Of a stretch of DNA of 64,000 nucleotides, positions 38,989-47,432 are shown in pieces; the stretch's first letter is position 1, and every line of letters begins with the position of its first letter. The DNA lies in assembly GCA_019347675.1 (NCBI GenBank), contig JAHWKW010000004.1:104123-168122 (forward strand), given 5' to 3'. The DNA comes from Actinomycetota bacterium. Lineage in GTDB: Bacteria; Actinomycetota; Nitriliruptoria; Nitriliruptorales; JAHWKO01. The translations under genes were made by a program, and so were the position numbers. The notes under the pieces were generated by a model. That model searched no databases, was not told where the DNA came from, and was given only the letters and a program-made list of their open reading frames with translations.

Positions 38989-39231
38989 CTACTCCAGCAC
39001 CCGCCAGGTGTAGGTCTCGATGACCGGGTTGGTGAGGAAGTCCGCGCAGAGACGGTCGACGTGGGCAGGCAGTTCGTCGGTGGCGGCGTCGATCTCCAGC
39101 TCCAGGTGCTTCCCGACCCGCACACGGCTGACGTCGCCGTAGCCGAGCCCTGGCAGCGCGCGCTCCACCGCCCGACCCTGGGGATCGAGGATCTCGGGTT
39201 TGAGCATGACGTCGATCGCGACGCGCGGCAT
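38989..39231 (-). CDS. purS: FGAM synthase subunit PurS
   Basis: The last 80 codons of ORF 38989..40008: MPRVAIDVMLKPEILDPQGRAVERALPGLGYGDVSRVRVGKHLELEI... Confidence 0.85.
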   Translation of the reverse strand: MPRVAIDVMLKPEILDPQGRAVERALPGLGYGDVSRVRVGKHLELEIDAATDELPAHVDRLCADFLTNPVIETYTWRVLE

Positions 39232-39355
39232 CGGACCTCCGCTGGCGATGGCGGCAGCGTACCAGCGCGGCGGGTCGCCCCTCACCGACGGCGCAACACG
39301 GTATAACACTGCATGAAGCTTGACGACGGTGTCCTCCGCGGCGTAGCGTGCGGCC

Positions 39356-40327
39356 ATGGAGCGGATCGGGGTCCCCGCACTCGTCGTGGCCGAGGTCGCC
39401 GCGGTACTGGGCCTGCACCGGCTGGGCCACCTCCCGTGGCTGGCGATCCAGTGGGGTGACCTCCCGCTGTGGCTCGCCACCGTCCGACCTGAGGACGCGG
39501 TGGCCGCCACCGCGCGTGTCGTTGCGCTCGCGTGCGCGTACTGGCTGCTGGCGACCACGCTGGCGTACGTCGCGACACGACGATCGCGCTCGACGGCGGC
39601 ACGACTCACCCGCCGCCTCACCCCGGCTGCCGTCCGTCGCCTGGCCGACCGCGCCGTCGTCTTCGGCCTCGCTGGCGCGCTGAGCGGGCTGCCGGCCGCG
39701 GCCGGCGCCGCGGACGGCCCGCCGCCGGTCGTCGTCCTCGACGACGGTCGGCTGGTGGTCGCCCCACCGGGGCCACCGCCTCGACCGGCGACCGACGCCG
39801 ACGCCGCTCGTACCGACGAGACCTGGCCACCACCTCGACCGGCGACCGACGCCGACGCCCCTCGTACCGACGAGACCTGGCCACCACCTCGACCGGCGAC
39901 CGACGCCGACGCCCCTCGTGCCGACGAGACCTGGCCACCACCACCGTCGGTCATGCCCCCCGACCGCCCCGACCGCGCACCGCGGCCCCAGCCTCCGCCT
40001 GCAGGCACCGACGACGAGGCCGCTGCGGATCACGACCCGGTGCTCCATGCGCGGCCCGGGGGAACCTCGGAGGTTCGCGTGCCGAGCACGACGGCGGACA
40101 CGACCGTGTACACCGTCCGGTCGGAAGACAACCTGTGGTCGATCTCTGCCCGGACGCTCGCCGCCGCGCGCGGCCGACCGGTGCGGCAGCTGTCCGACGG
40201 CGAGGTCGCCCGATACTGGGTGCGGGTCATCGACGCCAACCGAGCGACGCTGCGGTCCGGCGATCCGGACCTGATCCACCCCGGCGAACAGGTGGTGCTG
40301 CCGTCACCGGGCGAGGATCCGCGATGA
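39356..40327 (+). CDS. Membrane protein with Pro-rich tandem repeats and C-terminal LysM domain
   Basis: 323 aa: N-terminal TM segments, 3 x PPPRPATDADAPRTDETW, then LysM (YTVRSEDNLWSISA...SGDPDLIHPGEQVVLP). Confidence 0.7.
   Translation: MERIGVPALVVAEVAAVLGLHRLGHLPWLAIQWGDLPLWLATVRPEDAVAATARVVALACAYWLLATTLAYVATRRSRSTAARLTRRLTPAAVRRLADRAVVFGLAGALSGLPAAAGAADGPPPVVVLDDGRLVVAPPGPPPRPATDADAARTDETWPPPRPATDADAPRTDETWPPPRPATDADAPRADETWPPPPSVMPPDRPDRAPRPQPPPAGTDDEAAADHDPVLHARPGGTSEVRVPSTTADTTVYTVRSEDNLWSISARTLAAARGRPVRQLSDGEVARYWVRVIDANRATLRSGDPDLIHPGEQVVLPSPGEDPR
39773..39934 (+). repeat. 54-bp in-frame tandem repeat x3 inside the LysM gene
   Basis: Units start at 39773, 39827 and 39881. Only 3 substitutions in total among the copies. 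Confidence 0.9.
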
Positions 40328-41214
40328 GCGGGACCGTCGCCGATCCCGCCGGCGTCGCGGGCACCGTCCGTCCCCGCCCGGCGACCGCGCCGGCGCCCGC
40401 AGCCCGGCGGCGGGGCGTGACTGCGATCAACGCCGCCGCGATCCTGGCGTGGCTGGTGGTGGCGGCGTTCGCGGTCGCCGGCCGCGGCCCGTTCGCCGCG
40501 CCAACCGCGCCTGCAGCCTCGACGGACGCCGTTCCAGGCGTCGCCGGCTTCGCCGAGCTCTTCGTCGTGGTGTGGCTCGGCGAGGCGGGCGAAGGATCCG
40601 AACAGGCGCTCGCTCCCTTCTACGGTGGTGACGTCGACCTGCGCGGCGTCGTCCCCGGCCGCCGCTACGTCAGCCGGGCGGCGGCGGTGGAGATCCGTCC
40701 GGACACCGCTGGGTGGGCGGTGACGGTGGTCGCCGACGTGCTGCAGGCCACAGACGACGGGTGGCGCGACGGCGGACGGCGCTACTACCGGGTCGGGGTG
40801 CTGGACGACGGTGGCCGCCTGGCGGCCGCGGCGCTCCCCGCGGAAGTGCCCCCGCCGAGGGCATCCGCGACGCCCGCAGCGCCTGCACTGACCGAGCCCA
40901 CCGCCGGACCGGTGACGGACGCGGTCGCCAGGGTGGTGCGCGCCGTCCTCACCGGCGACGGGGACGTCACTGATCTGTTGGCGCCGGGCGCGGCTCTGCC
41001 GACCTTCGACGCGCCGCCCTACCACCGAGTCAGCCTCCGCGGCGTCCACACCGACACCCGACGCGGTGTGGCCGTGGCGGAGGTCGCGGCCACGGACGTG
41101 CGCGGGAACGTCACCGTCCTGCACTACGCCGTCAGAGTCCGTATCGACGATGGCGTCACGGTGTCCGGACTGGCGCCTGTGACACCCGACGTCGCACGGA
41201 TGGCGGGAGGGTGA
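40324..41214 (+). CDS. Membrane-anchored protein, tentatively TcpC-like (conjugal-transfer-protein-like) architecture
   Basis: ATG 40324 (ATGA overlap with the LysM gene stop) within ORF 39532..41214. One TM helix (AAILAWLVVAAFAVAG), then VAGFAELFVVVWLGEAG...YVSRAAAVEIRPDTAGWAVTVVADV and a second similar half. The family call rests on remembered sequence pattern only. Confidence 0.4.
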   Translation: MSGTVADPAGVAGTVRPRPATAPAPAARRRGVTAINAAAILAWLVVAAFAVAGRGPFAAPTAPAASTDAVPGVAGFAELFVVVWLGEAGEGSEQALAPFYGGDVDLRGVVPGRRYVSRAAAVEIRPDTAGWAVTVVADVLQATDDGWRDGGRRYYRVGVLDDGGRLAAAALPAEVPPPRASATPAAPALTEPTAGPVTDAVARVVRAVLTGDGDVTDLLAPGAALPTFDAPPYHRVSLRGVHTDTRRGVAVAEVAATDVRGNVTVLHYAVRVRIDDGVTVSGLAPVTPDVARMAGG

Positions 41215-41218
41215 AACC

Positions 41219-42520
41219 GTGACGCTGCTGCTGCGGTACGTGCTGGAAGCCGAGATCGGCCGGAGCGCCAACGGAGTGGTCTACCGCGCACGGCAGCGCG
41301 GCGGCGATGGCCGGACCGTCGCGGTCAAGCGCCTGCACCACGCTGGTTGCGTCGACGTGGCCACGGCCGTGCGCGAGGCCGAGGTGCTCGGGGCGCTTGG
41401 GCACCCCAACATCGTGCCCCTGCTGGAGGTGGCTCCCGAGGACCAGGGCGTGGCGCTGGTGTTCGCCTACGCCGCGGGCGGGTCGCTCGCCGATGAGCTC
41501 GGTCGGGCCGGGCGGTTGACCCAGGAGCGGCTCGCCACGGTGATTCTGGCGATCGCTTCGGCTCTGCAGGCCGCCCACGCCCTCGGCGTCGTCCACGGCG
41601 AGGTCAAGCCCGCCAACGTCGTGTTCTCCGGCAGCGGCGAGCCGCTCCTGGCCGACTTCGGGGCCGCCCGGTGGCGGTCCGCCGGCGGCGATCAGCCGAC
41701 CGTCGGGGCGGCGACCTACCTCGACCCGGCGCTGCTCGACCATCCCCAGCCCCATCCGACCAACGACCTGTACGGGCTGGCGGTCACCTGCTTCGAGGCA
41801 CTGGCCGGTGTCCCGCCGCTAAAGGGAGCCACGGCGCACGAGGTGGTCGACCGCGCCGATCGCGGTGACCACGCCGACCTGCGCAGCCTGGCCCCGCAGG
41901 TCCGTCCACAGGTGGCGGCGGTGGTGCAACGGGCGCTGGCCCGCCATCCCCGCGACCGGTACCAGGGCGTCGCGGCGTTCGCCGCGGCACTGCGGGAGGC
42001 GTTGGATGAGCCGCCAGCGGGGCGCGGTCCCGTGGCCGCCGAGACGTCACCGGCCGCGACGTTCGGTGTCCCGCCCATCCGGGTGTTGCCGACCCCGGCC
42101 GGCGATCGTTTCCGTGCAGCTGCGCCGATCGCCACCGCGCCCGTCGCTCCAGCCGACGGCGAGCGCGGTCGGGGCGACGGCAGCGCCCCGACCCGCCGCG
42201 GCCGCGTGGGGCACACCGACGCCGTGACGCGACGCCGAACCGGTGGGCGGCGGTGGCCACCGTCGCGGGTCGGCGCTGCCGCCCTGGCGCCGGTCGCCGT
42301 GACTGTCCTCCTCGCCGAGCTGGTCTTGCTGGAGCCTGCTGCTGCCCGGCTCGCCGTCGCGCTGCAGGCCCCGCCGGCGCTGCTGGTGTTGGGTTGCGTC
42401 AGCCGCCGTTGGAGCTCACGGGCTCGGCCAACCAGTCGTGGCGTCGACGGTCCTCACGGCGCCGCTCGATCCGGATGCCCTCGAGTACCCGAGGACCGGC
42501 CGCCTCCAGGACCGCGATGA
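41219..42520 (+). CDS. Ser/Thr protein kinase-like protein with atypical catalytic loop (HGE) and C-terminal TM region
   Basis: VAVKRL (VAIK), EAEVLGAL, VHGEVKPANV in place of HRDxKPxN, ADFGAAR (DFG). The last ~40 codons overlap the convergent ftsH-like gene. Confidence 0.7.
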   Translation: MTLLLRYVLEAEIGRSANGVVYRARQRGGDGRTVAVKRLHHAGCVDVATAVREAEVLGALGHPNIVPLLEVAPEDQGVALVFAYAAGGSLADELGRAGRLTQERLATVILAIASALQAAHALGVVHGEVKPANVVFSGSGEPLLADFGAARWRSAGGDQPTVGAATYLDPALLDHPQPHPTNDLYGLAVTCFEALAGVPPLKGATAHEVVDRADRGDHADLRSLAPQVRPQVAAVVQRALARHPRDRYQGVAAFAAALREALDEPPAGRGPVAAETSPAATFGVPPIRVLPTPAGDRFRAAAPIATAPVAPADGERGRGDGSAPTRRGRVGHTDAVTRRRTGGRRWPPSRVGAAALAPVAVTVLLAELVLLEPAAARLAVALQAPPALLVLGCVSRRWSSRARPTSRGVDGPHGAARSGCPRVPEDRPPPGPR

Positions 42521-44327
42521 TGTCGTCGCCGATCAGCTCGTCACGGTCGAGCAGCGCGTCGCGGAGCGCCTCGACGAGATGGCGGTTGGCGTCCAGTAAC
42601 GCTCGGACCTTGGCCTTGGACTGGGCGAGCATGCGCTCCACCTGCGGGCGAGTGACCGGGTCGGCGATGACCCGTCCCACCAGGTTGGTGTCGTTGAACG
42701 AGCTGTTCTCGACCGCAGCCAACGACACCAGCGACGATCCCATCCCCACCGACCCGACGATCTCGCAGGCGACGCGGGTGGCGAAGACCAGGTCGCCGCC
42801 GGGGCCGGTGCTGACGTCTCCCAGCCACAGCTCCTCGGCGCACATCCCGCCCATGGCGATGTCGACGAGCGCCTCCATCTCGCTGCGTGACCGCGTGTAC
42901 TCCTCGTCGAGGTCGCCGTGGGCCAGCAGCCCGAGGGATTCGCGCCGCTTGACGATGGACAGGACCTCCAGCCGCCGGGTGCCGCTGAGGTACGCCACGG
43001 TGGCGTGCCCGGCCTCGTGCGTGGCGACCCGGCGGCGTTCACGTTCGGTGTACTCCACCGGGTTCTTCAGGCCGATCTCCTCGGTCAGGCGTGCCTCCTG
43101 CACGTCGTTCCAACCCAGGCCGTCGCGGCCATCCTTGATCGCGAGGACCAGCGCCTCGTCCAGGAGGTGCTCGATCATCACCGGCGTGTAACCGAACGTC
43201 TGCCCGGCGAGCTGTTCGCGGAGTCGCTCGTCGTCGAGCTCGGCGGCGTGGGACTTGCGACCCAGGAAGTAGTCGATCAGCTCTCGGCGAGCCTGCTTGG
43301 CGGGCAGCTCGAAGGTCAGACGCCGGTCGAACCGCCCGGGGCGCACCAGCGCCGGGTCGAGGTTGTCGGCGCGGTTGGTCGCGGCGATCAGCAGCATGTT
43401 GGTGTAGCCCGGCTTGCGTTTGCTGATCTGGCGGTGGGCGGGGAGGAAGGCGTTGAGTGCCGCGGCGAGCCCGTTCCACATCCGGTCGCCGGCCGGCGGG
43501 GCGTCGAACGACTGCAGTTGGACCAGGAGCTCGTTCACGACCCCGCCGGTGCCCTCGCTGACGACCGGGCTGACCTGGAGCCGGGGGTGGGCGTCACCGG
43601 CCGTGGCGCCGGTGCGGGCCACGTCCGCCAGTGGGGTGGCGTTCAGCCCGCTGCGGGTCGCGCCGATCGCATCGATCTCCTCGATGAAGCCGATCGCGCC
43701 ACCCTCGCGACGTGCCACCTTCCGAAGCTGCCGGAAGTAGCTGCGGAGCTTCCGGGCGGTCGCCCCGTACCACATCGACTGGAAGCTGGTGGCGGACACG
43801 AACAGGAACGGCACACCCGCATGGCGGGCCATCGCCTTGGCGAGGTGGGTCTTGCCGGTCCCTGGTGGGCCCTCGAACAGCAGCCCTCGCCGTGGGTTGC
43901 CGCCGAGCCGGTCCCGGTACATGGCGTAGCCCAGGAAGGTGTTGAGGGTCTTGACGACCTCGTCGACGATCGTGTCCAGGCCCTTGACGTCGTCGAACGT
44001 GACGTCGATCTGCTCGGGGCGGTAGAGAACGTGCGGGGACCGCCCCGACAGGACCGGCATCGCGATGACCGCGGTGAGGGCCACGATCAACAGCAGTGGG
44101 ATGAGGTAGATCACCCAGTCGTCGGGGAGCTGCGGGGTCCGGAAGAAGTTGACCGGGTCGCCGCGCAGGATGCGTGCCCACAGGTACACGGTGGGCGCGC
44201 CCACGACGAGGGCCAACGCCGTGAGCCGCCGCTGCCGGGCCCTTTCGCGGGCCGCGCCGACGTCCGCCGCGCGCGCGTCGATGAGTGCGCCCCCGAGGCG
44301 GGATGCGACCGAATCCTGGCGTTCCAT
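42399..44327 (-). CDS. Divergent FtsH-family AAA+ zinc metalloprotease paralogue
   Basis: 642 aa: 2 TM helices, Walker A GPPGTGKTH, Walker B IGFIEEIDA, AATNRADNLDPALVRPGRFDR, M41 HEAGHATVAYL. Long inserts lie between Walker B and sensor-1. Confidence 0.8.
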   Translation of the reverse strand: MERQDSVASRLGGALIDARAADVGAARERARQRRLTALALVVGAPTVYLWARILRGDPVNFFRTPQLPDDWVIYLIPLLLIVALTAVIAMPVLSGRSPHVLYRPEQIDVTFDDVKGLDTIVDEVVKTLNTFLGYAMYRDRLGGNPRRGLLFEGPPGTGKTHLAKAMARHAGVPFLFVSATSFQSMWYGATARKLRSYFRQLRKVARREGGAIGFIEEIDAIGATRSGLNATPLADVARTGATAGDAHPRLQVSPVVSEGTGGVVNELLVQLQSFDAPPAGDRMWNGLAAALNAFLPAHRQISKRKPGYTNMLLIAATNRADNLDPALVRPGRFDRRLTFELPAKQARRELIDYFLGRKSHAAELDDERLREQLAGQTFGYTPVMIEHLLDEALVLAIKDGRDGLGWNDVQEARLTEEIGLKNPVEYTERERRRVATHEAGHATVAYLSGTRRLEVLSIVKRRESLGLLAHGDLDEEYTRSRSEMEALVDIAMGGMCAEELWLGDVSTGPGGDLVFATRVACEIVGSVGMGSSLVSLAAVENSSFNDTNLVGRVIADPVTRPQVERMLAQSKAKVRALLDANRHLVEALRDALLDRDELIGDDIIAVLEAAGPRVLEGIRIERRREDRRRHDWLAEPVSSNGG

Positions 44328-44491
44328 CGTGACTCCTGCCGTCCCGCATCGTCACCGGGGACGTCGGTACAGGTTACGCTGCGTAACCGCGGGGCGGGTC
44401 CGGATCACCGATCCACCGGCCGTGTCAACGGTTGTTCCCGCGGGCGAGAACAACCAGACATCGGACTGTCAACAGCCGCGACGTCCGCGCG

Positions 44492-44869
44492 TCACCGACC
44501 ACGTTGGCTGTGCCGTTGCCCGCGCTGACGCGCGCGGTAGGCGGCGACACTCGCCCGGTTGCCGCAGGTGGCTGGGCTGCAGAAGCGACGCGAACGGCTC
44601 CGGGACGTGTCGATGTAGACGTCATCACACTTCTCGCCGGCGCAGACGTCGAGCCGGTGGAACTCGCCGGCCGCGATGACCGTGGCCTGTGCCATGGCCG
44701 TGTCAGCCGACAGGCGTTGTGCGAGGGCCAGCCGGCTCGGTGACAGCTCTATCTGAGGTCCTCGTCGCGTACCGACCGAAGCCGTCGGTGCGGGCCTGGC
44801 GACCGTGCTGGCGAACCTGCAGGTCGCCGTGGTCGCGCCGCACTCACCTCCATGGTGCTGCTGATCCAA
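44492..44869 (-). CDS. CGNR zinc-finger protein, N-terminal (ABATE) part missing or degenerate
   Basis: C-terminus RLDVCAGEKCDDVYIDTSRSRSRRFCSPATCGNRASVAAYRARQR. The upstream ~60 codons do not look like coding sequence. Confidence 0.45.
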   Translation of the reverse strand: MDQQHHGGECGATTATCRFASTVARPAPTASVGTRRGPQIELSPSRLALAQRLSADTAMAQATVIAAGEFHRLDVCAGEKCDDVYIDTSRSRSRRFCSPATCGNRASVAAYRARQRGQRHSQRGR

Positions 44870-45078
44870 CCCGCCGATGCGCTCTCATCGCCACGACGGC
44901 GCTGGAGGAGCACCCCTTCCCCTCCACCTGGCCGGCACCGGCCTCGTACTCGCTCTTGTCGTGATGCCACCACCCCACGCGCGCGCGGACAGAGTCCGTA
45001 CGGGTTGCAGCGCGGAGCTGTTGACGCTGTGAGGCGGTTCGCCCTCACGAGGATGGGACCAGCTGCTCGTCAACTGTT

Positions 45079-45882
45079 TCACCGGATCAGCACGCTGCGG
45101 ATCGAAGCCACGTGGTAGGGGCGCTCGGACCGCCACGCGCGAGTACCCAGTGTCCCGTCCACCGCTGGCAGGTCGTGACCGGTCATGGAGAACGAGCCCT
45201 CCCACACCGTCTCCAGGCCCACCACGTAGTCTCCGGAGCGCTCGAAGATGTGGCGAACCGCGGGACGCTCCTCGCTGCCCGGCTCCGAGCGTTCGTAGGT
45301 GCGCCCCTCAACGTGCCATACGTACCCCACGGGGCAGGCCGTGGCCGCAACCGTGTAGCCGTTCAACGTGACCGTCGCGGTCACCGGCTCCTGGGGCTCG
45401 ACCCACAGCCATGTCTCCAGCCCGGTCAACCCATCCACGCGCGGATTGACCCCGATCGACGGGGCGACGATCGGAACCCGCTCCCACACCTCGCGGTACG
45501 TGGGCGGCTCCGGATCGCCGGCAGGCGGAGGCTCCGACGGCCCAAAGCAAACCTCGCCCGTGTATTGTCTCCGGCCGGTGGTCGTATCAAGGCGGACGCG
45601 GAAATACAGTTCTTCGTCCTCCTTGCACGGCCAGACGTATCCGAGGGGGGCGATCTGATAGACGATGGGGCCGTCGTACTCGTAGCGGTACCGCTGCGGC
45701 AGTGGCCGGTTGTGGTCGATCCCTGAAGTTCCCCCGCGTACGCCCACGGAAACACCGAAATCACTGAGTACGGCGTCGCCGGCGGCCAGCTTCCCATCTC
45801 CCCACACTGGCGCGGGCGAGAAAGCGGCAGTCGCCGCAAGCATCAACACCCCGACAATCAGAAGTGCTGACCTGCGGCTCAT
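45079..45882 (-). CDS. Secreted protein of unknown function (last gene of the tad-linked operon)
   Basis: Internal ATG 45882 gives the signal peptide MSRRSALLIVGVLMLAATAAFSPAPVWG. ATGA overlap with the upstream gene. Confidence 0.55.
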   Translation of the reverse strand: MSRRSALLIVGVLMLAATAAFSPAPVWGDGKLAAGDAVLSDFGVSVGVRGGTSGIDHNRPLPQRYRYEYDGPIVYQIAPLGYVWPCKEDEELYFRVRLDTTTGRRQYTGEVCFGPSEPPPAGDPEPPTYREVWERVPIVAPSIGVNPRVDGLTGLETWLWVEPQEPVTATVTLNGYTVAATACPVGYVWHVEGRTYERSEPGSEERPAVRHIFERSGDYVVGLETVWEGSFSMTGHDLPAVDGTLGTRAWRSERPYHVASIRSVLIR

Positions 45883-46499
45883 CGTGCGGAGTTTTCCTCT
45901 GCAGGGCCCCCCAGCGCCACATGTACGACTCGCCATCGACCATCGGCTCCGCGGACGAGCGTGTACATCTCCTGGCGTGTCTCCCATCCCACACCGGTTT
46001 CGACGACCTGCCCTTCCGAGTCGACGACGCGCTGCATACCGTGGCTGGTGACAACCTCGAGTAACACCATGTAGTCGTCTACTCGGTGCGCGACCGCGAT
46101 GGAATGGACCTGTGTGCCCGCATCGTCGTAGCGCGCGTCATGTCCACTCAACGCTTGTAGCTGAGTTGTGAATAGGTCGTAGCAGTCGCATCCCGGGTCG
46201 TAGATCAAAGAGGCCAGCTCCGGGTGGGGGTTGCGGTAGAGCCAGGTCCGGAAAGCGGCGATCTCTCGGAAGATCCGCTCGAAGTCGTCCTCGGAGGTCG
46301 CCTCCCCGGTGTTCGCCGGCGTCGGGTAGTCACCTTCCGGGACGCTCGCCACCTCCACCGACGGTGTCGGCGACGGGCTGAGCTGCGCCGAGGGGCGCCG
46401 CTCGGCGGAAGTCTGCGAACCCCGCACCAGGACGACAACCAGCGCGGCCGCAAGCACGGCGATGAAACCCCCCGCGGCCACAAGCCGCACACGGCTCAC
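45879..46499 (-). CDS. Membrane-anchored protein of unknown function
   Basis: 206 aa. GTG start with AGGAGG Shine-Dalgarno. TM helix VAAGGFIAVLAAALVVVLV, then a Pro/Ser linker and a globular domain. Confidence 0.55.
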   Translation of the reverse strand: MSRVRLVAAGGFIAVLAAALVVVLVRGSQTSAERRPSAQLSPSPTPSVEVASVPEGDYPTPANTGEATSEDDFERIFREIAAFRTWLYRNPHPELASLIYDPGCDCYDLFTTQLQALSGHDARYDDAGTQVHSIAVAHRVDDYMVLLEVVTSHGMQRVVDSEGQVVETGVGWETRQEMYTLVRGADGRWRVVHVALGGPAEENSAR

Positions 46500-46500
46500 C

Positions 46501-46932
46501 TCAACTCCTCCTCGGTTCGACGTGGGCAGCGACGTCGATGGTCAGCGGCGGCTGACCGGGCATGAGGATGCGCATCAGTGTGAGGTCGACCTGGCGGGAC
46601 GCCGCCACCTCGATGACGCTGGCTGTGGCGCGCACGCCCCCGCACCCGGGGAACGGGTCAGCGTGCGTCGCCAGGTAACGGCACGCACGCTCCTCGGCGG
46701 CGGCAGGATCCAGCCGTGCCGTGGCGGTCGCTCGGTACACGTCCACGTCGATCGCTGACGCGCCGGCCACGGCCGCCCCGTCCACCCACCCGGCCAGGTC
46801 CCGACGGGCGGTGAAGACACGCCACAGGTCCAGGTTGATGCCGCCCAAGAACAGCACGACCACACACAGGCCCAGCATCCACAGGGTGATGCTGCCGCCT
46901 TCGCCGCCACGGGAAGGCGCGGCGCCCGTCAC
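46501..46932 (-). CDS. TadG/TadE-like pilus assembly protein
   Basis: GTG 46932 (GTGA overlap). GSITLWMLGLCVVVLFLGGINLDLWRVFTARRDLAGWVDGAAVAGA is typical of the Tad N-terminal domain. Confidence 0.65.
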   Translation of the reverse strand: MTGAAPSRGGEGGSITLWMLGLCVVVLFLGGINLDLWRVFTARRDLAGWVDGAAVAGASAIDVDVYRATATARLDPAAAEERACRYLATHADPFPGCGGVRATASVIEVAASRQVDLTLMRILMPGQPPLTIDVAAHVEPRRS

Positions 46933-47432
46933 GGTCCGACCTCGCCGAAGCCGCGGTAGGTGTCGACCTGCTCGGTGTGCCGCACCGTGTAGTTCACGGC
47001 GCCCACGGCCGTGCGCAGGCCCGGGAACGGCAGCGTCGGCAACCTCACTGTCACGTGGGCGGTGACGGCGGCGCCGCGCGGCAGCCCCGTCAACCCCGTA
47101 CACGCGCCAGGGGGCGATCCGACCGCGTGGACGGAGAAGCAGACACGGACGTCGTCGGCCGCGACCTGGTGGTTGGCGGCCGACCGAGCGACCAGCGCCA
47201 CCGCCGACGCCGCCGCGGTCCGGGGATCCTCGGCGAGGACGGCGGCACGGGCCGCCTCTTGCGCAGCGACCTGCGCCATCGACTGGCGTTCGACCCAGAC
47301 GGGGAACGACAGAGCCAGGATCGCAACCGGGAACAGCAGCAGTCCCGCTCCCAGCGCCAGCTCGAGCGGCGCGGAGCCCGCGTCCGACGAGGTCGGCGCA
47401 TCCGCGTGGGACGTCGGTCGCCGGGCGATCAC
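46929..47432 (-). CDS. TadE-like pseudopilin
   Basis: GTG 47432 (GTGA overlap). DAGSAPLELALGAGLLLFPVAILALSFPVWVERQSMAQVAAQEAARAA. Confidence 0.6.
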   Translation of the reverse strand: MIARRPTSHADAPTSSDAGSAPLELALGAGLLLFPVAILALSFPVWVERQSMAQVAAQEAARAAVLAEDPRTAAASAVALVARSAANHQVAADDVRVCFSVHAVGSPPGACTGLTGLPRGAAVTAHVTVRLPTLPFPGLRTAVGAVNYTVRHTEQVDTYRGFGEVGP

